Made by a program: the position numbers and the translations under genes. 64,000 nucleotides of DNA from Octopus sinensis. Its lineage: Eukaryota. The stretch spans positions 18,104,001 through 18,168,000 of the forward strand of contig NC_043015.1 in assembly GCF_006345805.1 (NCBI RefSeq), written 5' to 3'. Of the stretch, positions 12,901 through 25,600 are shown piece by piece; within the stretch, counting starts at the first letter, position 1, and each line of letters starts with the position of its first letter. Below the pieces are notes generated by a model. The model was given only the letters and a program-made list of their open reading frames with translations, was not told the origin of the DNA and searched no databases.

Positions 12901-13771
12901 GATGAAGATAGGTGTGTGAGAAAGTGCCAATCCCTAGCAGTTGAGGGAACCCGTGGAAGAGGTAGACCCAGGAAAACCTGGGATGAGGTGGTGAAGCACG
13001 ACCTTCGAACGTTAGGTCTCACCATGGAAATGACTAGAGACCGAGACCTATGGAAGTATGCTGTGCGTGAGAAGACCCGGCAAGACTAGTGAAGCCATAA
13101 CCCATGGCCCCTACCTGGGACGTAGTCGAGTCCACCTGTGCATACCTTCCTGCTTGTGATACTTGTGAAGACCTGTTGAGGCAAGTGAAAGTCAAATCGA
13201 ATCAAATCAAAATAGATGAACATCAATGGAATTTGTATCCTTGTGGTACCAGTGCCGGTGGCACATAAGAAAACCATCCGAACGGGACCGTAGCCAGTAC
13301 CGCATTGACTGGACTCCGTGCTGTGGGCACGTAACAAACACCATCCGAGCGTAGCCGTTCGCCAGCCTCGTCTGGCACCTGTGTCGGTGGCACATAAGAA
13401 AACACCGAAAACACCATCCGAGCGTGGTCGTCTGCCAGCCTCGTCTGGCACCTGTGTCGGTGGCACATAAAAACACCATCCGAGCGTGGCCGTCTGCCAG
13501 CCTCGTCTGGCACCTGTGTCGGTGGCACATAAAAAAACACCATCCGAGCGTGACCGTCTGCCAGCCTCGTCTGGCACCTGTGTCGGTGGCACATAAAATC
13601 ACCCACTACACTCTCGGAGTGGTTGGCGTTAGGAAGGGCATCCAGCTGTAGAAACACTGCCAGATCTGACTGGCCTGGTGCAGCCTTCGGGCTTGCCAGA
13701 CCCCAGTTGAACCGTCCAACCCATGCTAGCATGGAAAGCGGACGTTAAACGATGATGATGATGATGATGAT
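9930..13771 (+). mobile_element. Near full-length RTE-clade LINE (subfamily 2, copy A): APE endonuclease, RT, PHD finger; one frameshift
   Basis: ORF 9966-11846 has APE motifs (VGTLNVGTL, IISAYAPQ, AGDFNGHVG, SQIDYIL). ORF 11749-13089 has RT (YADD). A 4-nt duplication (ctat) near 11797 shifts the frame. The 3' UTR has 62-bp repeats and (GAT)n at 13751-13771. Confidence 0.97.
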
Positions 13772-13940
13772 ATATATATGACGGGCTTCTTTCAGTTTCT
13801 GTCTACCAAATCCACTCACAAGGCTTTGGTTGGCCCAAGGCTATAGTAGACATTTGCCCAAGTTGCTACGCAGTAGGACTGAACCCAGAACTATGTGGTT
13901 GGGAAGCAAGCTTCTTACCACACAGCCACTCCTGTGCCTG
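13772..13940 (-). mobile_element. tRNA-derived SINE, 5' portion
   Basis: Reverse complement matches 18469-18620 (gtggctgtgtggtaagaagcttgcttcccaaccacatagttctgggttcagtcc). Confidence 0.85.
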
Positions 13941-14019
13941 AAAAAGTAGAAGAGCAAATCAGGTTCTACCGGTTTTTAAAAAATACTTTTCATTACTTTT
14001 TAATTTATTTTTTTGCCTT

Positions 14020-16885
14020 AATTTCCATTTGAATAAATGGAACAAATATCAGATTACAGCTCGATACTGGGAATGATATAACTATATTAAATGGCAAACC
14101 AGTACTAAGTAAAACTACAAAAGAGGTGTTTCGGGAAGTAAATTATTGTTTAGAGGTGAATTCAATTACAATGTGACTTTTCAAGTTAGAAAGATAAAAG
14201 CAAAGGCTTTTGAGCTAAATAATACTAACGATCTATTTGGAACGAATTGGATAGTGAAGTTTGATCTCTGGGATTTACCCATTAATCACTATTGCAAAAA
14301 TGTAATAGGTACAGACAGGCACAAGTTCTAACACAGACTCGGACAAATTGCAAAAAGAATTAATGAAAGTATTCCCAGATGTGTTTTCAGACAAACTATG
14401 TGCATGTTTGAAAACAAAAGCAAAATTTGAGATTTTAAAAAATGCAGTACCAATTTTTAAACCAAAAAGAAATGTGCCATATACTGTGTTAGAACAGATA
14501 AACTTAGAGAGACTAGAAAAAATTGGAGTTATCCAAAGATTGCCATATTCTAAATGGGCATCATCAACTGTGTATGTTAAGAAAAAGAATAAAATCAGAT
14601 TGTGTGGTGATTTTTTCACTGGGTTAAACTAATGTCTTAAAATGTTCAACTATCCGCTACCTACTCCAGAGGACATATTTGCGAAATTAGACAGTGGCAA
14701 GATATTTTCTAAACTGGATCTCTCTGATGCATATCTACAAATTAGATTAGATGATGAATGCTTTAAATACCTAACAATTAACATACATAAAGGACTGTAT
14801 AAATACAACAGGTTATCATTTGGCTTAAAAGTCACACTGGTGATCTTCGAACAAATTATGGATGCAATGTTAGCAAACTGTGAATTTGCAATTGTATATC
14901 TCGATGACATATTGATTAAGAGTGGATCAAGAAGTCAGCATGTACAACATGTGAAAAAGACATTTAAAAAACTAAATGAATACAGATTCACACTGAGCAG
15001 AGGTAAGTGTGATTTCTTTTTGCCTAAAATTAGATATTTGGGGAAAAACATAGATCGAAAGGGTTGGAGTCTGGATCCTACCAGGGCATCAGCAATTAAA
15101 AATATGTCCTCGAGAAAGAACATGGTGACATTACAAGCTGCGCTGTGGAGTCAAAACAAAAAACTTTGACTCCAACTCCTGTATTATTGGCACCTCTGAC
15201 TCCTACTTATGTAATTAAGTGATTATGGTCTGCATATCTCATAAAGCATATGCATATGCTTGTACTTTGAGTAGACCTACATGTTATAACTGGTTTATAT
15301 TAAAGAATAAAGACACTGTGAGTCAGAATCAGGGTTGGTATAGTTTTATCAACTCTGACTCCAGCTAAGCATTAACTGTTTCCAACTCTGACTCCACAGC
15401 TTTGATTACAAGTTTTGGGGGTTTGGAGAATTATTACCAAAGTTACATCCCTAATATTCATAACTTGCGTGCACCATTAAATTACCTGCTAAAGAAAGGA
15501 ATGAAATGGGATGTAAAAATGCCAAGGAGCCTTCAAACAATTAAAAGATAAACTAACTTCCGAGCTATCTTTAACACACTACGATATGAAAAAGGAAATT
15601 ATAGTAGCTTCAGATGTCAGTGAATATGTTATTAGTGCAGTAATTTTGCATAAGTATGAAGATGGTAATACAAAACCTGTAGCACATACATCACATACAC
15701 TATTGCCCATTGAGAGGAATTATAGCCAGATTGAGAAAGAAGCTTTGGCAAGTATTTATGCTGTAAAAAAAGTTCCATAAATTCATCCATAACAGAAGGT
15801 TTTGTCATCAAACTGATCATTGCCCCTTATTGACTATATTTGGCTCTAAGAAGGGCATCCCAGCACACAAAACCAATAGATTACAGAGATGGGGAACCAT
15901 TTTGTTGAACTACAATTTCAAAATGGAAAACCTCTCCTCAAAATTGTTAAGCCAAGCAGACAGGTTATCTAGGTTAATACCTGAAAATGTTGGATCATTC
16001 AAAATAAGTATGATTGCATTCTTAAGAGTTGAAACAGAGATAAAAAGCATTTTATCGTGATTAGTGAATTGCCTTTAACCTTAGAAGAAATTAAAGCCAA
16101 AGCATTGAAAGATGACTTTAAAGTAAATACATGCCAGACTGTATGCAACAACATTCTAATGTACGCACAGAGGATTGTAGTACCATTTACACAGCAAAAA
16201 AGAATTCTGAAAGATTTTCATGTTGGACATCCAGGAATGTCACTCATGGAAGCACTTATGAGAAGCTATGTGTATTGGCCAAAGACAGATAAAGATATCA
16301 AAACTCTTGTAAGATCCCACAGACGCTATGCTCTGACAACAAAATCACCTACTGTAAGGTGTCAACTGTGGCCAAAGACTGAGACACCATGGTCCCAGCT
16401 TCACATGGACTTCAAAGGCCCACTATATGGAAGCTATTTTCTTGTAGTGGATAGCTACACAAAATGGCCAGAAGTATGTAAATGTAAACATCCTACATCC
16501 TTTGCAATAATTGATTTCCTTCATGAGATATTTGCTTGATATGGTATACTGGATACCATTGTGTCTGATAAAGGAACACAGTTTACAGGATCTCAATTCA
16601 GAGATTTCTGCCAGATGTTCCAAATTGATCATATAACCACGCCATTATATTAGTCACAGTTAAATGGTCAGGCAGAACGGTTTGTGGACACATTCAAGAG
16701 GGCACTAAGAAAAGCAAACAATGGAAGGATTGATGACCTGGCATTAATAAAATTTCTAAGGGTATATAGAGTTACTCAAAACACATTATCAAGTAAATTA
16801 TCAAGTAAATCCTCAGTTGAACTAATGTTTACAAGAAAGATTAAATCCATATTCGATAAACTGCCGTCGAGCAGAGAAAAATGAA
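14020..16885 (+). mobile_element. Decayed Ty3/Gypsy LTR-retrotransposon pol (RT, RNase H, integrase); no LTRs recognised
   Basis: Fragments KKKNKIRLCGDF, YPLPTPEDIF, FSKLDLSDAYLQI, YLDDILI, ERNYSQIEKEALA, HVGHPG and PWSQLHMDFKGP occur in RT-RH-INT order, with stops and frameshifts. Confidence 0.93.
15138..15404. mobile_element. hAT-type MITE inserted in the Gypsy RT
   Basis: 8-bp TSD attacaag (15130-15137 and 15405-15412), TIR core gctgtggagtc/gactccacagc, multiple subterminal gactcc motifs. Confidence 0.85.
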
Positions 16886-16899
16886 ATTAGAATAACAAT

Positions 16900-17670
16900 A
16901 CTCCCTGAACCACGCTAATAGATTAGGAGTGAGATTTAGGATTTCTCAATTTTCTGTGAATCAATTTTGATAAAACTTTTCCCAGCTGGTTTGCACACTA
17001 TGGCAACACCATTGTTGTTTTCATTATTCTGTGTAACGTCCTTTCTTTTTTATTTCAGATTCTTCAGTTTGGGGGTGAACACGCTAATAGCTTTTGAATG
17101 AAAATAGCCCACATTGACATTTTGTTTTTAGAAAATGAAGGGTACTCATACATATTAAGCATACATTGAGTATATATTTAACAGAAAACCATAATGATAT
17201 TATAACATTTATTGACATAATGAATTATTTGGCCACATGAGTACCAAGGAAGAAACGACCTGATTGTGAGACCTCCAAGCTAGAGATTTAAGGAATATTG
17301 GCTGCAAGTTACGTGGGAAAGCTGGACAAACAAGCAAAGCCATTTTCACTACCTCCAAACTTCCTCATGTACCAAAACCATCAGAAATCGCATCCTTGGG
17401 ACCATGGCTTCCATGCAAGAACCCCTGAAACTGCCTCCTTTAACATCCCACCACAGGAGTTTGAGGCTTCAATGGGCCCAAAAGTACATGACGTTAGACG
17501 GTTGTGTTCTGTTCACTGACAAAACCAGGGTGACCCTTGATGAACCTGACAGTTGGGCAAATGGTTAGGTCTATTTGAGAAGAGCATCACCAATGTTTAC
17601 GACATCAACAACAAGGTGGAGGAGCCATGTTGTGGGCTGGTATCAATAGGGTCAGACTAGCTGGATGTAA
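16900..17670 (+). mobile_element. Partial Tc1-like transposon (left TIR plus transposase remnant)
   Basis: Homologous to 38031 onward, and to the reverse complement of 39130-39426. Confidence 0.8.
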
Positions 17671-18468
17671 ATATTTCTTAAGCACTGATGGATTTTATGA
17701 ACCAGTGTTAAGATCCTCCATGACTTTATGTGGATCAGAGAAATATTTTTTACCTGTTTGTCACAGATAACCATTTCTAAACTTGTGATCTAGTGCCAAT
17801 TATTGATAGTTGTGTATGCTACCCCAAATAAGTGCTTGCAATGGATCTGAACTCAACATTTATGAGTTAGTAGTCCAATACCATATACATTTAGTGATTC
17901 CATTTCTAAGCCAACACTTATACATGCAAAATTTGCATCAGTAGTTCATCATCATTATTGCTTAGATTACCTTGACACAAACCTTAGTTTATTAAATCAC
18001 CAAGATGCAATGACATGAACATCACCTCTATCAAAGCAGTGCCAATGTGAAGACATGGAGAAACACACATGGATACACATATTTATTACATGTGATGGAC
18101 TTCCATGCAGTTTCTGCTTACCAAATTTCACTTGTAAAGCATTGGTCAAATTGAAGTAATAGCTGAAGACACAAGCCTCAAGGTGACATGAAGTGGAATG
18201 AAAATCAAAAGTGTTATAAACTGAACTTCTTTCTAAAGTATACTGTTATGCCTACACCTGTTGCAAAAAATGCACATTTCAGCTGATGTTTCCTTTCCTT
18301 ATTTAATAATAGGATGTGATAAGGGAATTTTTCTCATATTTCTACCAGACTGAACAACAATGTAGAGGTTCCTTTGTTGCCTCATATATTGTGATGGTGG
18401 TTCTGCTGGTAGTGGCAGATGCTGCTAATGAAGCAAATATCTTGAATCAGAGAACTAATACTACCATA

Positions 18469-18853
18469 GGCGCAGGAGTGGATGTGTGGTAAGTAGCTTG
18501 CTTACCAACCACATGGTTCTGGGTTCATGTGGCACCTTGGGCAAGTGTCTTCTTCTATAGCCTCGGGCCGACCAAAGCCTTGTGAGTGGATTTGGTAGAC
18601 GGAAACTGAAAGAAGCCCGTCGTATATATGTATATATATATGTGTGCATGTGTGTTGTGTGTCTGTGTTTGTCCCCCTAGCATTGCTTGACAATCGATGC
18701 TGGTGTGTTTATGTCCCCGTCACTTAGCGGTTCGGCAAAAGAGACCGATAGAATAAGTACTGGGCTTACAAAGAATAAGTCCCAGGGTCGAGTTGCTCGA
18801 CTAAAGGCGGTGCTCCAGCATAGCCGCAGTTAAATGACTGAAAGAAGTAAAAG
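18469..18853 (+). mobile_element. Full-length tRNA-derived SINE
   Basis: A-box-like gtgtggtaag, degenerate B-box gggttca, conserved accttgggcaag core and a (TA)/(TG) linker. Partial copies at about 20725-20880, 39450-39710, 39980-40140 and 54250-54370. Confidence 0.88.
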
Positions 18854-19700
18854 AAAAAAAAAATACTAATGGAAATATAACAGGAATGAATATCATTACT
18901 TTTAAGCAGTAACAACATTTCCTGCCAGCTAATAGTAAATCCTATTAACTCTTTATTGAATATTTAACATGTATCTGTTGCTAAATGTAAAGAGTGAATT
19001 TCACGTCTATCTAAAACAGATTCACTATTTTGAAAAGGACTATGAAAGCAACAGAGTTGATTGTAAGGGATAGCTAAATTAGTTCATACAAACATAAAAC
19101 GTGTTAGTGCCCTAAAGAAAGGTAAGAGAGATTTTATAGAATACCAAACTGTGAATGAGAGAACTTTAAATTCTACTTTGCAGTTGTAATCAGATTAATA
19201 ACTGATGGAAATATATTAGAAATCAATACCATTACTTTTAAAGCAAAACTACTTTCTCTAACAAGTAGCAACAATCACCTGCCCCCATCTTATTTTTAAT
19301 TAGATATCATTCATCTGTTGCTAAAGCTCAATGCTAGATCACATTTATATCAGAATATAGATAGTTTTGATGCAACTCCAATTTAGATAACAGCATTTCT
19401 ATTAATCAACCTTGTTTAGCATCTTGAATGCCGTATTGTATATCTATAAATCTTTAGATATATTCTGTAATACAGTATAGCATCTATATATATCTATAGA
19501 TATTCTGTAGTACTATATAACATTCAAAGAAAACACTATTGATACATCAGTAATTTACAGATCATGTGAGAAGTATGGATTATGATTACATATTCCTTCA
19601 TCTATATATCATTAAATTTGAGGAGAATTAACTGACAATATATATATATAAACAACAAACTTCTAGATAAAAATGTCCTTCCCAGAATACTACTCATTAC

Positions 19701-19850
19701 CATATTGAATAGTTTAACAGTTTCTGTTGCTGCTCTAGAAAAGGGTTTGTGCACACGAGATTGATGTGATTACTGTTCCTCATGAACTTTTGCAAACTGA
19801 TAACTGAAGGAAAGACATAAGCAGAGAAGAATTTCCAGAGTGATGATGTT
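19701..19850 (-). CDS. Candidate internal coding exon of an unidentified gene
   Basis: On -: branch-like ctaat, acceptor tttcttttcttcag, 150-nt exon and donor ATG|gtaatg. Only one frame is open (TSSLWKFFSAYVFPSVISLQKFMRNSNHINLVCTNPFLEQQQKLLNYSI). No homology recognised. Confidence 0.5.
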
Positions 19851-20884
19851 CTGAAGAAAAGAAACTAGAAATATTAGGACAGTGACTTAGTGGGAGAGGC
19901 GGGGGGGGGGGCTAGTACAAAATATAGGCAATGTAAGGGACAAGTGAATTGAGAATGCCTTAGTATAACGTTTCAGTAACAATAGTGCTATTATTATCAA
20001 CATTTTAATATCCACTTTTCCATGCTTGCACAGGTCAGACAGAATTTGTTACGGCAAATTTTCTAAGTCAAAATGCTCTTCCGGTTACTTCCCTTACTTA
20101 TTTCCCAAACAAGGTGATATTTCCCATGACTAGATGTTTTCACAGAGGATTAGAAATGAATGACACTGCTTGTACGGCAACAATTCTTGTGCAACTATCA
20201 TGTAATACCAGCACAAGGTGACACAAACGTACAGACACACATGCACAGAGGTAATAGAGCTAAGGTACACAGACTGAAGCTGCTTGGCACAGATTGATCT
20301 ATATAACATTCTCACTCACTTCTACTGTTTATAGCAGTGCTTGGACATAAAGTGTGAAGAGTATGATTATCTCAAGAAGACTGGGTTTCAGCTGTGCAGA
20401 ATTTCCTTATTTGTAGTGATAAAGTCAAAAACGTCTTTGAAAATGGTCATATCAGATAATGAATCACGAGTCTATGGCTATGACCCTGAAACAAAGACAA
20501 AAATCAAATCCTATATAAAGGAAAGAATGTGACTAGACAGCTGCTCACTATCCCAAAAAAGGAGTTCCAGGAATGCTTCAATCAATGGAAAAAGTGCTGG
20601 ATAAACTGTGTGGCTTTATAGAAGGGGACTACTGTGAAGGAGATTAAATGCCAAAATGATAAGTGATGTAGTTTTCTTTTTATAGCACCAACCCTAATAC
20701 TTTTTGATTAGACCTCGTGTGTGTGTGGCTATGTCGTAAGAAGTTTGCTGCTCAACCACATGGGTCTAGGTTCAGTCCTACTGCATGACACTTTGGGTAA
20801 GTATCTTCTACTATAGCCCCACCCCAACCAAAGCTTTGTGACTAGATTTGATAGTGGAGACTAAAGAAGCCCATCATATCATTA

Positions 20885-22275
20885 TCATCTCATTTCGTGA
20901 ACATCGCGAAGCAATGAGTACTTTTCCCAGACATCATTTGTAGTTATGTGATCTCTGATGACTATGAAGTCCAATTCTGGAGAGACAGATACATCTGCAA
21001 GTGGAACAAGTAAAGCCTTGCTGCTATTGACTTCCAGCGTTCTCCACGTACTGCCAGTCTTGTAAGCATCGTGCCAGCTAGTACAATCTGCAGCCATTGA
21101 TTCGAGACTGTCAGGAATGATATGACACTTTTTCAGTGTTGCCTTCAGGTGATCTTTAAAGCACTTGTGCTGGCCACTGACAGAGCATCTTCTATATTCA
21201 AGTTGACTGTACATAACAAGGCAGGCCAATTGATTTGAAGGCATTTGAATGACATGCCCTGCCCATCTGAGTTGGTGATTAGTGATTGTTACCTCCAATG
21301 GCTGGCTGTTTGTTCAGCCACGTATCTCAGCATGAGGGATTCTGTTCCACCAATGTAAGCCAAGGAGTTGTTGAAGACAAGAGATACGAAACCTTTCGAG
21401 CGTCTTGATATCACGCCAGTAGGACACCCAAGACTCACAGCCATATAGCAGGATTGAGACACAAACAGTATTATAGACACCCACTCTTGTTATGATGTTG
21501 ATGTTTTTGTTAAGAAGGACGCGAGTACGTAGCCAACCAAACACAGCAGAGGCATGATGAATACAGCGTTAAATATCGTCTGTCAGATCAAGAGTGTTGT
21601 TGAGGACTGAGCCAAGGTATGTGAATTAGTTTATATTAACAATTGTCACATCTTCAACATGGAAGGAGCATGGGTTGGTGTCAGGGGTACAAGGCTGTTG
21701 GAGGATTTCCATCTTCTTGGTATTGATGACTAGGCCAGCATGGCTGTATGCATCTGACATGTGGTCCAAGAGCCTTTGAAGGCCAGCAGAGCTATGGCTG
21801 ACGAGTGCTGTATTATCTGCTTATTGCAACTCAAAGATGTGTTGAGATGACGTCTTTGCTTCAGGCACCTCAGATTGAAGATACTGCCATCTGGCCGGTA
21901 TCTGATAGTTATTGCATCTTTCAGCTTGAATGAATGCCTGGCATGGAGGGCTACAACTGCCATGTAGAAGTTGAAGATGACCAGGGCAAGTATGCATCCT
22001 TGCTTGACACTGACTTGGACCCAGAATAAGTCAGACTGTGTGCCATTATGGATGACTCTGGTCATCACTGTTGTGGAAGTCCTTCACAATGGCAAGAAAA
22101 TTTGCTGGGCAGCCAAATTATTTTCAGGATTTCCCACAAAACATCATGGTCAATGGTGTCAAAGGCTGTGGTTAAGTCTATAAAAGCCATGTAAAGGGAG
22201 TGGTTTTGTTCACGGCATTTCTCCTGGAGAAGACGTGAGACAAAGATCATGTCAACAGTTGAGCGGGCGCTTTGA
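20885..22275 (-). mobile_element. Old 5'-truncated RTE/BovB-like LINE fragment
   Basis: RLLQEKCREQN...AFIDLTTAFD, VKQGCILA, QLRWAGHV; no PHD insertion in the thumb region. Confidence 0.88.
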
Positions 22276-22324
22276 AAATCACATTGTGACTAGATTTGAT
22301 AATGAAAACTAAAGAAGCCCATCG

Positions 22325-22384
<60 letters not shown>

Positions 22385-22386
<2 letters not shown>

Positions 22387-22605
22387 TTTATTAAACTTTT
22401 AATACTTTTGATATATATTTAAAATAATATAAATTAAATTAATTTTATATATTGGTTTATGTTTTTCATTGTTTGATTTGCCTAATAGTGGTTTTATCTC
22501 TAATTTAATATAATATAATATAATATATTTATACTATAAAATTGGATTTAAACCTAAATCTGATTTTTCCCTGTAAGTTTGGATTTATTCCCTAATATTT
22601 TATCA
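22385..22605 (+). repeat. Solo copy of the tail found downstream of the hammerhead at 6505-6705
   Basis: Close match over about 200 bp (gatttgcctaatagtggttttatctctaatttaat...ccctgtaagtttggat), flanked by (TA)n. Confidence 0.85.
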
Positions 22606-22610
22606 TATAT

Positions 22611-25600
22611 ATCATCATCATCATCATCATCGTTTAACGTCCGCTTTCCATGCTAGCATGGGTTGGACGGTTCAACTGGGGTCTGGCAAGCCCGAAGGCT
22701 GCACCAGGCCAGTCAGATCTGGCAGTGTTTCTACAGCTGGATGCCCTTCCTAACGCCAACCACTCCGAGAGTGTAGTGGGTGATTTTATGTGCCACCGAC
22801 ACAGGTGCCAGACGAGGCTGGCAGACGGCCACGCTCGGATGGTGTTTTTTATGTGCCACCGACACAGGTGCCAGACGAGGCTGGCTGACGGCCACGCTCG
22901 GATGGTGTTTTCTTATGTGTCACCGACACAGGTGCCAGATGGGGCTGGCGGACGGCCACGCTCGGATGGTGTTTGTTACGTGCCCTCAGCACGGAGGCCA
23001 GTCGTTGCGGTACTGGCTACGATCACGTTCGGATGGTTTTCTTATGTGCCACCGGCACTGGTACCACAAGGATACAAATTCCATTGATGTTCATCTATTT
23101 TGATTTGGTTCGATTTGATTCGATTCGATTCTCACTTGCCTCAACAGGTCTTCACAAGTGTCACAAGAAGGAAGGTATGCACAGGTGGACTGACTACGTC
23201 CCAGGTAGGGGCCACGGATTATGGCTTCACTAGTCTTGCCGGGTCTTCTCACGCACAGCATACTTCCATAGGTCTCGGTCTCTAGTCATTTCCATGGTGA
23301 GACCTAACGTCCGAAGGTCGTGCTTCACCACTTCGTCCCAGGTTTTCCTGGGTCTACCTCTTCCACGGGTTCCCTCAACTGCTAGGGATTGGCACTTTCT
23401 CACACACCTATCTTCATCCATTCTCGCCACATGACCATACCAGCGCAATCGTCTCTCTTGCACACAACAACTGATGCTTCTTAGGTACAACATTTCTCTC
23501 AAGGTACTAACGCTCTGTCGAGTAAGTACACTGACATTACACATCCATCGGAGCATACTGGCTTCATTCCTCACAAGCTTACGCATGTCCTCAGCAGTCA
23601 CGGCCCATGTTTCACTGCCATGTAGCATAGCTGTTCGTACACATGCATCATACAGTCTGCCTTTTACTCTGAGCGAGAGGCCTTTAGTCACCAGCAGAGG
23701 TAAGAGCTCCCTAAACTTTGCCCAGGCTATTCTTATTCTAGCAGTTACACTTTCAGCGCACCCGCCCCCACTACTGACTTGGTCACCTAGATAGCGGAAG
23801 CTATCAACTACTTCTAGTTTTTCCCCCCGGAAAGTGACGGAAGTTGTTTTCTGCAGATTTTCGGAGGTCAATGCTCCAGAGCATCTGCCACATACAAAAA
23901 CTAACTTCCCAGTTAGCCTACCTTTGACATTGCTGCACCTCTTATGTGTCCATAGCTTACACTGGGTACATCTTATAGAGTTTCTACCTACACCTTTTCT
24001 ACAGATCGAGCAGGGCCATCATCCTGAGGATATTTGTGGATTTTCTAACTTCCTACTTATTAGTACTTTGGTTTTAGCTAGGTTGACTCTAAGGCCCCTC
24101 GATTCTAAACCCTCCTTCCACACCTGGAACTTCTCCTCCAGTTCTGATAGTGACTCAGCGATTAGAGCGAGGTCGTCAGCATAGAGGAGCTCCCAGGGGC
24201 AACCTGTCTTGAATTCCTCCACAATTGCCTGGAGGACTATGATAAATAGGAGGGGGCTGAGTACTGAACCCTGGTGGACCCCAACCTCTACCTTGAATTC
24301 TTCTGTGTACATGCTGCCAACTCTAACCTTACTTACGGCATCTCTGTACATGGCTTGCACAGCCCTCACCAGCCATTCATCTATCCCTAGTTTCCTCATT
24401 GACCACCAGATGAGGGAACGGGGGACCCTATCAAAGGCTTTCTCCATGTCAACGAAAGCCAGGTACAGGGGCTTATCTTTGGCTAGGTATTTCTCCTGCA
24501 GCTGCCTTACCAGGAATATAGCATCAGTGGTGCTTTTCCCTGGGACAAACCCAAACTGCATCTCATCTAAACTAACTCTCTCTCTAATTAGTTGGGCTAT
24601 GACCCTCTCCGTAACCTTCATTACCTGATCCAACAGCTTGATACCTCTGTAATTATTTGTATCCAGGGCATCACCTTTACCTTTGTAGCAGTTGACTAGT
24701 ATGCTGCTACACCAGTCATTGGGTATGACTCCTTCGTGTATCACCTGGTTGACTATACGGGTGACTAGGTTATAGCCGACACTGCCAGATATTTTGAGCA
24801 TCTCTGCAGTAATTCCTGATGGGCCTGGGGCTTTCCCTGTCTTCATGCTTCTAATTGCCTTAGCTACCACGGAACTATCAACTCGGATAGCTGGTCCCTC
24901 TGTTGGGTCAACATTCGGCAGACTCTCTTTATCCCATTCATTTTCTTTATTCAGCAACCTTTCATAGTGGCATCTCCAAACCTCTCTCTTTGCATCCTCA
25001 TTTAGCGCAAGTGAACCATCATCCATGCGAACACCCTTCTCTCCTACCACATCACGATTCTCTCTCACACACTGTCTTGCAACATGAAATACATCAAGTC
25101 TTTCATCCTCACGGCTCAGAACATTGGCAAATTTTTTCTTATCCGCTTCCCCTCTGGCTAAATAAACCTGTCTCCTAGCTTCCCTTTTGGCTGTCTGATA
25201 CAATTCCCTGCTACCACCGTTCTTCCAGTCCTTCCAAGCCTGCCTCTTTTGTCTAATAGCCCTGTCAACCACAGTGTTCCACCACCATGTTACTCTGGGT
25301 CAAGATGGTACTTTGCTCCATCCACAGATCTGGTCAGTGGCTGTCAGCAGATTGTCCCGTAGGAATCTCCAGTTGTCTTCCACATTAAGTGAAGCTATAT
25401 CCCCTTCTATTTCGTCAGAGGCTTCGAGTAGTATGTCTCTAAATCTCTGTCCATTTGCAGGATCTTTAAGCTTCCAGACCCTTCTCCTCCAAGCTGGTCT
25501 TCTTCTGGGCAACCATTTAGCTCTGATCCTGAAGTCGCTAACTACTAATCTATGTTGGGGAGTACATTCTTCGCCTGGGAAGGTTTTGGCATTTATAATC

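Noticed and set aside
12135-13732. Long antisense and 3' UTR ORFs such as MCHRHRCQTRLADGHARMVF repeats
   Set aside because: They are by-products of the RT antisense strand and of stop-poor tandem repeats; the frame changes with A-run length.
18865-19390. Diverged ~300-bp local duplication as possible tandem exons
   Set aside because: No frame was consistently open between plausible splice sites on either strand.
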